A stretch of 64,000 nucleotides of DNA from a virus: the IMG/VR virus record IMGVR_UViG_3300030060_007988. One strand, written 5' to 3'. The position numbers and the translations under genes are program-made. Shown piece after piece: positions 17,460 through 27,249 of this stretch; the first letter of the stretch is position 1; each line of letters starts with the position of its first letter. The notes below the pieces were generated by a model. The model had not been told where the DNA came from and did not search any database. It saw nothing but the letters and a program-made list of their open reading frames with translations.

Positions 17460-19229
17460 ATGAAAAATCATGCAGAACATTTAGGTTGGGAAGTTGATGT
17501 AGATTTTCCAAGTTGGGCAAATAATCAAGTATATGTTGATACAATATCTAGAGGATATTTGTATAATGGTGAAAAACCTAAAGATGCTTATTGGAGGGTA
17601 TGTACCACCGTTGCAAAAAGACTAGGTAAACCAGAATTAGCAACAAAGTTTTTTGATTATATATGGAAAGGTTGGTTATGTTTAGCCAGCCCGGTACTTA
17701 GCAATACAGGATTGGAAAGAGGATTACCAATAAGTTGTTTTGGGATTGATGTTGCCGATAGTATACATGACATTGGTAGAAAGAATCTTGAAATGATGTT
17801 GTTGGCAAAACATGGCGGAGGAGTAGGTATTGGTATAAATCAAATTAGACCTGCAGGAAGTCCAATTACTGGAAATGGAACTACCGACGGTGTTGTTCCT
17901 TTTTGTAAAATCTATGATTCAACAATATTGGCAACAAATCAAGGAAGTGTTAGAAGAGGGGCTGCCAGTGTAAACTTAAATATAGAACATAATGATTTTG
18001 AGGATTGGCTAGAAATTAGGGAACCTAAAGGTGATGTAAATAGACAATCACTTAATCTCCATCAGTGTGCACTCGTTGGTGATAAGTTTATGAGAAAATT
18101 AGAGGCAGGTGACAAAGAATCTAGAAGAAAGTGGGCAAACTTATTGAAGAAGAGAAGACAAACTGGTGAACCATATATTATGTACAGAGGTAATGTTAAT
18201 AAACAAAACCCAGAGGCATATAAGAAAAATGCACTAAAATGTTATATGACTAATATATGTAGTGAAATTGTATTACATACGGATGAGAGCCATAGCTTTG
18301 TGTGTTGTCTTAGTTCATTAAATTTAGCAAAATATGATGAGTGGAAAGACACTGATTTAATTTATACATCTACTTGGTTTCTGGATGGTGTCCTTGAGGA
18401 ATTTATACAAAAGGCAAAATATAGACAAGGATTTGAAAATTCTGTAAGAAGTGCAGAAAAAGGTAGGGCATTAGGTTTAGGAGTATTGGGATGGCATACA
18501 TATTTACAACAAAGAGGTGTTTCGTTTGAAAGTTTAACTGCACAATTTGAAACACGTAGAATATTTGGTCAAATACAAACTGAAACTGAGCAAGCATCTA
18601 GGGATTTGGCAACTGAATATGGTGAACCATTATGGTGTGTAGGTACCGGAATGAGAAATACTCACTTAAGAGCAATTGCGCCTACAGTTTCTAATAGTAA
18701 ATTAGCTGGTGGTGTTAGTTCAGGCATAGAACCAATACCAGCAAATGTATATACTGAACAGAGTGCAAAAGGAACATTTATTAGAAAAAATAAAGAATTA
18801 GAAAAAGTATTAAGAAAGGCAGGAATAAATAATAAAGAAACATGGGATAAAATATTGGCAGATGGTGGAAGCATACAGGACATCAATGAATTGGATAAAT
18901 GGTGTTACTTAAAAGGAAAAGTAACATTATGTGAAAATGTACCTGAAGAAGATGAGCCAATACCGGTTAAAGAGGTTTACAAAACTTTTAAAGAAATTAA
19001 CCAATTAGAATTAGTAAGACAGGCTGGCATTAGACAACAATATGTTGACCAGGCAGTTTCACTAAATCTTGCTTTTCCTAAAGAGGCTACGCCAAAATGG
19101 ATAAACCAAGTTCACCTTGAAGCTTGGAAGCAAGGCGTAAAAACTCTTTACTACGTAAGAACCGAAAGTGTACTTAGAGGTGATATTGCTGCAAATGCTA
19201 TGAAGGAGTGTACTGTTTGTGAGGGGTAA
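17460..19229 (+). CDS. nrdA: Ribonucleotide reductase class I alpha subunit (no ATP cone)
   Basis: PISCF, GGGVG, TNICSEI, APTVS, KTLYY, C-terminal CTVCEG. Confidence 0.95.
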   Translation: MKNHAEHLGWEVDVDFPSWANNQVYVDTISRGYLYNGEKPKDAYWRVCTTVAKRLGKPELATKFFDYIWKGWLCLASPVLSNTGLERGLPISCFGIDVADSIHDIGRKNLEMMLLAKHGGGVGIGINQIRPAGSPITGNGTTDGVVPFCKIYDSTILATNQGSVRRGAASVNLNIEHNDFEDWLEIREPKGDVNRQSLNLHQCALVGDKFMRKLEAGDKESRRKWANLLKKRRQTGEPYIMYRGNVNKQNPEAYKKNALKCYMTNICSEIVLHTDESHSFVCCLSSLNLAKYDEWKDTDLIYTSTWFLDGVLEEFIQKAKYRQGFENSVRSAEKGRALGLGVLGWHTYLQQRGVSFESLTAQFETRRIFGQIQTETEQASRDLATEYGEPLWCVGTGMRNTHLRAIAPTVSNSKLAGGVSSGIEPIPANVYTEQSAKGTFIRKNKELEKVLRKAGINNKETWDKILADGGSIQDINELDKWCYLKGKVTLCENVPEEDEPIPVKEVYKTFKEINQLELVRQAGIRQQYVDQAVSLNLAFPKEATPKWINQVHLEAWKQGVKTLYYVRTESVLRGDIAANAMKECTVCEG

Positions 19230-19234
19230 CCGTC

Positions 19235-19432
19235 ATGAAAAAAGCAGACAAAATAATAGAGCAACAAAGGTTATTAAAAAAAGAATTAGAAAAAATACAA
19301 AAAAAATGTAATCACAATAGTAAAACTATAAAGTTCAATAATGATGAAAATAGGTATATGTGGACATGTGATGAATGTCAAAGCTCATTGAGTTATCCAT
19401 CACCAAATGAAATTGAAGATTATTTAAAATAA
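19235..19432 (+). CDS. Small Zn-ribbon-like protein
   Basis: CNH...WTCDEC. Confidence 0.6.
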   Translation: MKKADKIIEQQRLLKKELEKIQKKCNHNSKTIKFNNDENRYMWTCDECQSSLSYPSPNEIEDYLK

Positions 19433-19439
19433 AGGTTAT

Positions 19440-20372
19440 ATGAAAAACTATTTAATTGGGTCAAATAATTATGCACTACTTGCTTCTTATCTTTTAAGTG
19501 ACATAACAATTATACCAACAAGTAAATTTGAAGCAAACAATGTAGAACCTGAATTCTTACCTAACACTCCGGAAATAATTAATATTGTAAATTCATTAGG
19601 ACTAAAATATAAGGTAAAAATATTAAATGCATTTTTTGATGATAGAGGCAAAATATCAACAGTACCTTCAGATTCATTTAAAAATGTATATGCACTATCA
19701 ACTAGGGGAAAACTTGCAGTTGAAAATAGTTACTTTGAAAAATTTAAAGGTAGCATGGAATATGTTTCAATAAAAAATAAAGGACCATTTGAAAGTTTCT
19801 ACTTACTATTTAAAGAGATTAAGAAAAATATTGTTCTTAAGGATATGATAGATTCTGAAATAGATTCTATTGGTGTTAAAGATAGTAACATAATATTATC
19901 AGATGGAAATATACTTGAATATAAAAGACTAATATGGACTGGTGATATAAAAAATTTAGATAAAAAACTTAATTTATTTACAAAAAAAATATATGTATAT
20001 GTATGTGAATACAATAACGAGGCTGATAAAAAAATGTCAAACTTTTTTAGCTTTGGATATTCAATAGGTAAAACATACTTTAGAACTATTTATTTAAAAG
20101 ACAAAATTGAATATCATTGTATGAAGAGAACATTTAAAGATGAAATTGATGGCAATAAAATAATAAACAGTTTTAATACAGAACAAATAATTGATAATTT
20201 AAGAAAAACAAACATGTATAATGTAGATCTAATAAGTATGTACTCACAGTGGAATTTAGGTTATTCAATTAGTCAAGCATACCGTGATTGTAAAGAATTG
20301 TATGAATATTACAATTTAGATAAAAAAATAGGTGATAATATTTTTAAATCCCAACAAAATTTGTTATATTAG
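19440..20372 (+). CDS. Hypothetical protein, possibly a degenerate FAD-dependent oxidoreductase/mutase fold
   Basis: N-terminal YLIGSNNYALLASYLL resembles a decayed Rossmann motif; DGNILEYKRLIWTG segment. Confidence 0.4.
   Translation: MKNYLIGSNNYALLASYLLSDITIIPTSKFEANNVEPEFLPNTPEIINIVNSLGLKYKVKILNAFFDDRGKISTVPSDSFKNVYALSTRGKLAVENSYFEKFKGSMEYVSIKNKGPFESFYLLFKEIKKNIVLKDMIDSEIDSIGVKDSNIILSDGNILEYKRLIWTGDIKNLDKKLNLFTKKIYVYVCEYNNEADKKMSNFFSFGYSIGKTYFRTIYLKDKIEYHCMKRTFKDEIDGNKIINSFNTEQIIDNLRKTNMYNVDLISMYSQWNLGYSISQAYRDCKELYEYYNLDKKIGDNIFKSQQNLLY
20342..20370 (+). promoter_or_regulatory. Promoter motif copy 5 (TTTTAAAT-N13-GTTATATT) heading the modification operon
   Basis: Same 13-nt spacing; two substitutions in the upstream box. 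Confidence 0.65.
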
Positions 20373-20398
20373 ATAAAATAAATAATAAAGGTTATATT

Positions 20399-21241
20399 AT
20401 GAATATTTACAAAAATCTTAATGAAGCATTCTGGCATGAACTTAATAGTATATCCATAATGGGTAAAAATGTAGAAAGCCGTGGTACAAAACAAAAAGAA
20501 ATACTTTTTAGAAATTTTACCATAGAAGATCCAACAGACTTAGATATAGTTTGGCCAAGTAGAAAATTTAATACAACATATACACTTGCTGAATTTCTTT
20601 GGTATCTGTCAAGAAATCCCAACTCAGTTAACATTGGAAAATTTGCAAGAATTTGGTTAAACATAAAGGATAATGAAGATAATGTAGAATCAAATTATGG
20701 CTGTTATGTATTTGGTAGTCAATGGGACTGGGCAGTAAAAGAATTGATAGATGACAAGGATAGTCGACGTGCAACATTTGTAATTGGTCAACCATATCAC
20801 AAAACAAAAAATCCTAATGATATACCATGTACACAATATCTTCAATTTTTTATACGTGACAATAAACTTCATATGGGAACATACATGAGAAGTAATGATA
20901 TTGTATTTGGTATGTCAAATGATATTTTTATATTTTGTTTGTTTCAACAATTAATGTTTAATGAATTAAAACAACATTACACTGATTTACAAATAGGTAC
21001 ATACCATCACCATGCGGGAAGTTTACATCTATATGAAACTCATTATGATATGGCTGCACAAATATTGGAGGGTGATAGGGCATCTGAGGATTATGAATTC
21101 TCAAGCAATATATTTACTCTTAAACCAAATGTAACATTAGATTACATACAACAAAATAATCTATATTTACCAGCCAAAGATATGACTAAAGAAGAAATTG
21201 GTGAATATGCAAAAACAACTGGTGAAAAATTATTTATATGA
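20399..21241 (+). CDS. dCMP hydroxymethylase-like thymidylate-synthase-family enzyme (T4 gp42-like)
   Basis: DSRRA, catalytic PCT, MRSNDIVFGMSND with Asp at the specificity position (E. coli ThyA N177 / T4 gp42 D179), GSLHLY. Confidence 0.85.
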   Translation: MNIYKNLNEAFWHELNSISIMGKNVESRGTKQKEILFRNFTIEDPTDLDIVWPSRKFNTTYTLAEFLWYLSRNPNSVNIGKFARIWLNIKDNEDNVESNYGCYVFGSQWDWAVKELIDDKDSRRATFVIGQPYHKTKNPNDIPCTQYLQFFIRDNKLHMGTYMRSNDIVFGMSNDIFIFCLFQQLMFNELKQHYTDLQIGTYHHHAGSLHLYETHYDMAAQILEGDRASEDYEFSSNIFTLKPNVTLDYIQQNNLYLPAKDMTKEEIGEYAKTTGEKLFI

Positions 21242-21519
21242 AAAAGAAATCAATACTAAATAAGGCTGATGAAATAATTAATAATCGTTCAGAAGAAAAA
21301 GAAAGAATGTACGGTCCTTTTAGTGAAGGAATGGAAAGGGCTGCAAAAATAGCAAGTGGCATGACAGGTAAAGACTTCCAAGCTGAAGATATGTATGCTG
21401 CATTGGTTGCACTAAAACTATCAAGACATTCATATAATTATCGTGAAGATAATTTATTAGATTGTGTTGCATATTTAGGTGCATTAGATAATTACATAAA
21501 GGAGAATAAGAATGGCTAA
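21238..21519 (+). CDS. DUF6378-like protein
   Basis: IL..A.EII..R....YG, LVALKLSR, DNLLDCVAY. Confidence 0.7.
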   Translation: MKKKSILNKADEIINNRSEEKERMYGPFSEGMERAAKIASGMTGKDFQAEDMYAALVALKLSRHSYNYREDNLLDCVAYLGALDNYIKENKNG

Positions 21520-21979
21520 TTTTGATAATGAATGTAAAGATTTAAATGTAAAAGATTCATATAGTGAATCAACAACTCATTTGCACGATATAATGAGTCA
21601 CCAAAAGTATATGCAAGAATATACTTATAAGTTAGATTTTTCAGAAATGACTATTGCTGAAATTATGAAGTTTTGGCATGCAAACAATCATGCAATTATT
21701 GATGAAATACATGAAATGACAGATGCTCTAGGTGGTATCAAGGATGGCTCAGGTAGTGCAGTTTGGAAATACTGGAAACAGGATCATAAGAAATACGAGA
21801 GTATGAAAATATCAGATCTATCTGAAGGAGATAGAAAAGAGTTATATATGGAATTTGTTGATGTACTACATTTCCTAATGAACTATGCAGCATCAATAGG
21901 ATTGGATGCAAAAACAGTATATAACTATTATTTTGCAAAAGCTGAGGAAAATAAGAAAAGACAACACCGAGGATATTAA
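21512..21979 (+). CDS. dCTPase/dUTPase (T4 gp56-like all-alpha NTP pyrophosphatase)
   Basis: NEC..L, IDEIHE, SAVWKYWK, ELYMEFVDVLHF and RQHRGY parallel T4 gp56 (SAVWKKWK, FELVDIFHF, RQDNGY). Confidence 0.88.
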   Translation: MANFDNECKDLNVKDSYSESTTHLHDIMSHQKYMQEYTYKLDFSEMTIAEIMKFWHANNHAIIDEIHEMTDALGGIKDGSGSAVWKYWKQDHKKYESMKISDLSEGDRKELYMEFVDVLHFLMNYAASIGLDAKTVYNYYFAKAEENKKRQHRGY

Positions 21980-22395
21980 TGGACAAACAAAGTAGATACG
22001 ACATGGCATATATGAAAATGGCTAAAGAATGGAGTCAACTATCATTTGCAAATAGAATGAAGGTTGGTGCAATTATAGTCAAAGACCAGCAAATTATTAG
22101 TGATGGTTTCAATGGTATGCCAAGTGGTATGGATAATTGTTGTGAAGGAGATGATGGACAAACAAAAAAGGAAGTTCTACATGCAGAGGCAAATGCAATT
22201 CTTAAATGTGCAAAACATAGGGGAGGTTGTGCGGGTTCAACTTTATATATTACATTAAGTCCATGCCAAGATTGTGCAAAACTAATTCACCAAGCAGGAA
22301 TTAAAAGAGTTGTTTATAGTGATATCTATAGACATGGAAATGGATTAGAATTCCTAAATAGTTGCGGAATAAAAACTGAAAAAATTAATCTATGA
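21979..22395 (+). CDS. cd: dCMP deaminase
   Basis: VGAIIV, GFNGMPSG, HAEANA, SPCQDC. Confidence 0.93.
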   Translation: MDKQSRYDMAYMKMAKEWSQLSFANRMKVGAIIVKDQQIISDGFNGMPSGMDNCCEGDDGQTKKEVLHAEANAILKCAKHRGGCAGSTLYITLSPCQDCAKLIHQAGIKRVVYSDIYRHGNGLEFLNSCGIKTEKINL

Positions 22396-22446
22396 AAACA
22401 CCTGCTTTGAACTTTTTAACTTGTATTTATATGAGAGGTAAAAAAT

Positions 22447-22722
22447 ATGGTATATGCAAATAAAAAAATAGATTGGAAAATAAATATGGTTACGGTCGGC
22501 AATTGTGATGAATGCAAAAGAGTACATCCATTAGTTTCAAAATTCTGTGCAAAAAATAACATTAAGTTAAACATAATTCCTAATGCGGAATATGATCCAA
22601 AGAAATGGAATTTTGTAAATCAAATATGGCCATTTTTTATTTTGGAAAAAAATGGTGAAAGTGTTTTAAAAATTAATGGATATAGAGGTGAATTTAAAAA
22701 AATTGAAAGGATGATATTATGA
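22447..22722 (+). CDS. Thioredoxin/glutaredoxin-like protein
   Basis: CDEC motif and a cis-Pro-like WPFFIL segment. Confidence 0.65.
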   Translation: MVYANKKIDWKINMVTVGNCDECKRVHPLVSKFCAKNNIKLNIIPNAEYDPKKWNFVNQIWPFFILEKNGESVLKINGYRGEFKKIERMIL

Positions 22723-24014
22723 AAATAGGAATAGGTAAAATGGGGAAATCAATGTTATTTTCTCAAAGTAAATGGGGATTGATTGGTGGCGATGCTGCAC
22801 CATCAATACTTTACACATCACTGGCATCAATAAATCCAAACATTACATTTTACATTGTAGGACGTTCTGACTTTTCAAAATTAACCAATGATGAAAAATC
22901 AAGACTATTTCCAAACAATAATGTTATAGACTGTTGGTCAGAAGCTGATATGAAAAATGCACATAGCAAATTTCATGCACCACTTGAATATGTAAACCAA
23001 CACAACATAAAATTGGATGCATTTGTTATGATGTCAGGAATGTGTAGTAGTGTTAATATGAATGATATGATTTGGAGTGTAAAGAATCCAGGAAAATATT
23101 CAAAGACATTATATCAATTCCATCACTATGCAGGTCCAATAATTCACTTTCTAAACATGACGCAAGTTCCAATGTTTACAATTAGTGAAGATCCTAGACA
23201 CATAAGACTTAATGCAAAAGATTTATTCAATAGGGAAAAATTTTGTTTAAGTCAAGAAAACTCAGTACAGAAAGTAAAGCATATAGTTAATTATGATGAT
23301 CAATCAACTGTTGAGTATGATATACCTGTTAAGTATGGTCAAACTGAAAAGATATTTTTAATTGGTGAAACTAAAAGGAATACACTAAAACTAAAAAAGG
23401 ATATTCCAATAACAATGTTTATGAATAGTCACACAATGAAATCAAAAGAAACCAGAAAACCGTTTATAGATGAATACATACACAGTAACTTTCCAGATTC
23501 AAAGGTTTATGGTAAATGGCCAAAGGAACTACTAGAAAGTGATAATAGATATGAAGCTATTAGAATGGGGGATATCATGGATGAAGTATTAAGAACAAAA
23601 TATACATTAGTGGTATCAATAAAACCAGGGTTTGTAACTTGTAAACCTTGGGAAATGATAAATTTTGGAATCATACCATTTTTACATCCAACATATGACA
23701 CTAACAATCTACTAGGATTTCCAGAATGGCTACATGTAAAAGATGCAAATGATTTTAAAAATAAGGTTGAATTTTTAGAAAACAATCCTGATAGGTATAT
23801 GAAGTTACGTGGATTACTACAAGATATGTTAGAACCAGAATTTTATGATGGAACATATATGAACAATTTAATTATGAGTAATGTATGTAATATGATAGGT
23901 AAAGAATATGAAAATGCTAATCAAGGAACATCAGTAAAAATGTCATCATTTTCAGAAAAAGAAAGTGTACAGAAAAAATTAAAAAAAGATAAAAAACAAA
24001 TGGAGTTATTTTAA
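22719..24014 (+). CDS. DNA glycosyltransferase, T4 beta-glucosyltransferase-like (GT-B fold)
   Basis: MKIGIGKMG vs BGT MKIAIINMG; ISEDPR vs FTDIR (catalytic Asp); FVTCKPWEM...YDT vs FITLRVWET...FDT; C-terminal QMELF. Confidence 0.75.
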   Translation: MKIGIGKMGKSMLFSQSKWGLIGGDAAPSILYTSLASINPNITFYIVGRSDFSKLTNDEKSRLFPNNNVIDCWSEADMKNAHSKFHAPLEYVNQHNIKLDAFVMMSGMCSSVNMNDMIWSVKNPGKYSKTLYQFHHYAGPIIHFLNMTQVPMFTISEDPRHIRLNAKDLFNREKFCLSQENSVQKVKHIVNYDDQSTVEYDIPVKYGQTEKIFLIGETKRNTLKLKKDIPITMFMNSHTMKSKETRKPFIDEYIHSNFPDSKVYGKWPKELLESDNRYEAIRMGDIMDEVLRTKYTLVVSIKPGFVTCKPWEMINFGIIPFLHPTYDTNNLLGFPEWLHVKDANDFKNKVEFLENNPDRYMKLRGLLQDMLEPEFYDGTYMNNLIMSNVCNMIGKEYENANQGTSVKMSSFSEKESVQKKLKKDKKQMELF

Positions 24015-24379
24015 TGAATGATACAAGACCTAAAACAATATTTTGTGACATAGACGGAACATTGGTTGAACATATGAAACCTAGTGAAGCAACTATGCCT
24101 TTTTCATGTATGAAGCCTTTACCAGGTGCAGTTGATAAATTATTAGAATGGGAAAGAAAAGGATATAACATTATACTTACAACTGGTAGAAGAAATTGTG
24201 CAAGAAAACAAACAGAAGAACAATTAGCAAATGCAGGTATAGTTTATGATCAATTGATTATGGGATTTGGTGGTGGAAAGAGATATCTAATCAATGATAG
24301 AAAACCTAATGGTGAAGAAGACTATGCAGTTGCAATAAACATAGAAAGAAATACAGGAATTGGAAATATAGAATTATGA
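24014..24379 (+). CDS. HAD-family phosphatase
   Basis: IFCDIDGTL (DxD), LTTGR, INDR. Confidence 0.85.
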   Translation: MNDTRPKTIFCDIDGTLVEHMKPSEATMPFSCMKPLPGAVDKLLEWERKGYNIILTTGRRNCARKQTEEQLANAGIVYDQLIMGFGGGKRYLINDRKPNGEEDYAVAINIERNTGIGNIEL

Positions 24380-24927
24380 ATTACGCCGAATTAAAAACAA
24401 CAGTGATGTCAGAAATAAATGATGTATTAACATCAGTAGATGAAAAATCGTTAGACATAATGTGTGACATAATACAATCATCAAATAAAATAGTTGTGGC
24501 TGGTGCTGGTAGAATGGGGTATTCAATAAAATGCTTTGGTATGAGATTAGGTCATATGGGATACCAAGCTTGGACTTTAGGAGATTCAACTGTACCTCAA
24601 ATAGGAAAAGGTGATTTATTAATAGTTGCATCAGGAAGTGGTGAAACTGAAACCATCTACAATATAGTTTTAAAAGCAAAACAGAATCGTGCAAAGGTGA
24701 TATTAATAACAACTAAAAAGGAATCAAGAATGGCTTCTTCATCAGACCATTTAGTAATTATGAATGCCGTTTCTGCCTTTACAGGTGATAGAGGAACTAT
24801 TCAGCCTATGAAAACATATGTAGAGCAGTCATTACTTATCTTATTGGATATTATGGCACTAAAACTTATGCAAGAGTCTGGTGAGACAAATTTCACAATG
24901 TCAAAAAGGCATTCACTTTTAGAGTAG
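24376..24927 (+). CDS. SIS-domain sugar-phosphate isomerase (HxlB/PHI-like)
   Basis: VAGAGRMG...FGMRLGHMG...GDLLIVASGSGET...HSLLE. Confidence 0.85.
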   Translation: MNYAELKTTVMSEINDVLTSVDEKSLDIMCDIIQSSNKIVVAGAGRMGYSIKCFGMRLGHMGYQAWTLGDSTVPQIGKGDLLIVASGSGETETIYNIVLKAKQNRAKVILITTKKESRMASSSDHLVIMNAVSAFTGDRGTIQPMKTYVEQSLLILLDIMALKLMQESGETNFTMSKRHSLLE

Positions 24928-24932
24928 AAAAT

Positions 24933-25631
24933 ATGAAAAACAAATTTATGATAGGTGCATCTTTAATATGTGGAAATCAAGCAGATTTAAAAGGTGACGT
25001 TGAATTACTAAAAAAATCAGGTCAAGTTGACTTTTTACATGTTGATACTATGGATGGATTGTTTGTACCTAGATATGGAATGTATCCTGAACAAGTAAAA
25101 CACATTAAAGAAATATGCGACATACCTGTAAATGTACATATGATGGTATCAAATCCTGAACCATTCATTGACTGGTTTGCAGAATCAGGTGCTGATATAA
25201 TTACAATTCATGTGGAACCTAATCAGCAATTAGGAAGAACTATCGCAATGATAAAAAAGGCAGGATGTAAAGTTGGACTTGCATTTAATATACATTCACA
25301 ATATCATATCATTGAAAGTTTTATAGACGATATAAGTTTAGTTATGTTAATGGCAATAAATCCAGGAATACTAGGACAAGGTTGTTGGCCAGGAATCTAC
25401 AATAAGATTGATAGATTTAGAAAGTATTTGGACAACAACGGAAGAAGAGATGTTATAATTGAGATAGACGGAGGTGTAACACCAGAAACAGCTCCTAAAT
25501 TAATAAAGGCAGGTGCAAATATGTTAACTTGTGGAACTGGAACAATATATAGACCTAAAGAGGCACCATTAGATATTAAGATTGGTCAATTTAAAAATAA
25601 AGTAAATAGGGAATTAGAATATGCAGTATAA
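24933..25631 (+). CDS. rpe: Ribulose-phosphate 3-epimerase family (Rpe/AlsE)
   Basis: LHVDTMDGLFVP, VHMMV, IHVE, MAINPG, IEIDGGV. Confidence 0.88.
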   Translation: MKNKFMIGASLICGNQADLKGDVELLKKSGQVDFLHVDTMDGLFVPRYGMYPEQVKHIKEICDIPVNVHMMVSNPEPFIDWFAESGADIITIHVEPNQQLGRTIAMIKKAGCKVGLAFNIHSQYHIIESFIDDISLVMLMAINPGILGQGCWPGIYNKIDRFRKYLDNNGRRDVIIEIDGGVTPETAPKLIKAGANMLTCGTGTIYRPKEAPLDIKIGQFKNKVNRELEYAV

Positions 25632-27249
25632 AGTATTATTAACAACTTCAGGTATAGGTAGTAGATTAGGTGAAATAACCGACTATACAAATAAAGGATT
25701 AGTCAAGGTTGGTAAAAAACCAGCAATATCTTACATTATTGAATCATATCCAAAAACAATGGAATTTGTTGTAACCATAGGATACTTTGCAGACCATGTA
25801 AGACAATTTCTAAACATTGCATATCCTGATAGAAAATTTACGTTTGTGGAAATTGATAACTATTCAGGTGAAGGAAGTAGTTTAGGATATTCTCAATTAT
25901 GTGCAAAGGAACATTTACAATGCCCATTTATATATAATGCATGCGATACTATAGTACTTGATACAATACCTGAACCTGATAGGGATTGGGTAGGTGGATT
26001 CAAACAAAAAGGATCCAGCCAATATGACAGCTATTGTGTTACAAATGGTGATGTTAAAGAGTTTTATACTAAAGGAAATATAGATTCTGATTATGTATAT
26101 ATTGGACTAATAGGTGTTAATGATTATGAAAACTATTGGGAAACAATGGAAAAACTATATAATGAAGATCATAATATGAGATCATTATCAGATCTATATT
26201 GTGTAAAGAATCAACTAAAAGAAGGCAAAAAAATATATCACAAACAATTTATGACATGGTATGACATAGGAAATGTTGAGTCTTTAAATAAAGCAAGGAC
26301 TGATATTCCAGACTCATTTAATATTTTAGATAAGTTAGAAGAATCTATTTATTTATTTGATGACCATGTTATTAAGTTTTTTGCAAATGAAAAAATGTCA
26401 ACACAAAGAGTTGATAGAGCATCTATCCTTGATGGTATGGTACCAAAGATTGTTGCTAAATCCCCAAACTTTTATAGATATGAATATGCCGAAGGTGATT
26501 TATATTCAAAGGTTGCAAATCCAATTACATTTATTAAACTATTAGATTGGGCAAAGGAAAATTTATGGAAAGAAAATGATGTTGTTAGTGAAACAGATTT
26601 TAGAAAAGCATGTATAGATTTTTACTATGAAAAAACAATATCAAGAATAAATAAGTTTTATGATTCAACTCGTAACCTTGATAAAGTAGAAACGATTAAT
26701 GGTTTGCAAACACCAACAATAAATGAAATGCTTAAAGCCATAAATAGTGATTGGTTATGTAAGCCAAAACAAACAGGCTTTCATGGTGACTTTATATTAG
26801 ATAATATAATTTTAGGAGAAGAAGGATTTACTTTACTTGATTGGAGACAAAATTTTGGAGGTCTTATTGAGTGTGGTGATATGTATTATGACTTGGCAAA
26901 ACTTAATCACAACTTAGTAGTTAATCATGAAATAGTAAACAATAATCAATTTAAAGTTACAAAATCAAAAGATAATATTATAGTTGATATACATAGACGT
27001 CAATCTCTAATTGAATGTCAACAGGTTTATCATAAATGGATTGTTGATAACGGATATGATTTAAGTAAAGTAAAAGTTTTAACATCTTTGATTTGGTTAA
27101 ATATGTCCGCACTTCACCATCATCCATTTGATGAATTTTTATATTATTATGGAAAATACACATTATTAAAAACATTAGGAGAATTAGAAAATGAATACGT
27201 TCCAACCTACAAACTTCAGTCCTCTAACAAAGTCTCAAACATACTTTAA
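25621..27249 (+). CDS. Sugar nucleotidyltransferase fused to an APH/choline-kinase-like phosphotransferase
   Basis: N-terminal TTSGIGSRL...NKGL...WYDIG; C-terminal FHGDFILDN...LLDWR...YYDLAKL. Confidence 0.85.
   Translation: MQYKVLLTTSGIGSRLGEITDYTNKGLVKVGKKPAISYIIESYPKTMEFVVTIGYFADHVRQFLNIAYPDRKFTFVEIDNYSGEGSSLGYSQLCAKEHLQCPFIYNACDTIVLDTIPEPDRDWVGGFKQKGSSQYDSYCVTNGDVKEFYTKGNIDSDYVYIGLIGVNDYENYWETMEKLYNEDHNMRSLSDLYCVKNQLKEGKKIYHKQFMTWYDIGNVESLNKARTDIPDSFNILDKLEESIYLFDDHVIKFFANEKMSTQRVDRASILDGMVPKIVAKSPNFYRYEYAEGDLYSKVANPITFIKLLDWAKENLWKENDVVSETDFRKACIDFYYEKTISRINKFYDSTRNLDKVETINGLQTPTINEMLKAINSDWLCKPKQTGFHGDFILDNIILGEEGFTLLDWRQNFGGLIECGDMYYDLAKLNHNLVVNHEIVNNNQFKVTKSKDNIIVDIHRRQSLIECQQVYHKWIVDNGYDLSKVKVLTSLIWLNMSALHHHPFDEFLYYYGKYTLLKTLGELENEYVPTYKLQSSNKVSNIL

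Noticed and set aside
20399-21241. Canonical thymidylate synthase (thyA)
   Set aside because: Asp at the specificity position and linkage to dCTPase and BGT-like genes.
24376-25631. RuMP/pentose-phosphate auxiliary metabolic genes
   Set aside because: No HxlA, transaldolase or transketolase nearby; the genes are coupled to a nucleotidyltransferase and a DNA glycosyltransferase.
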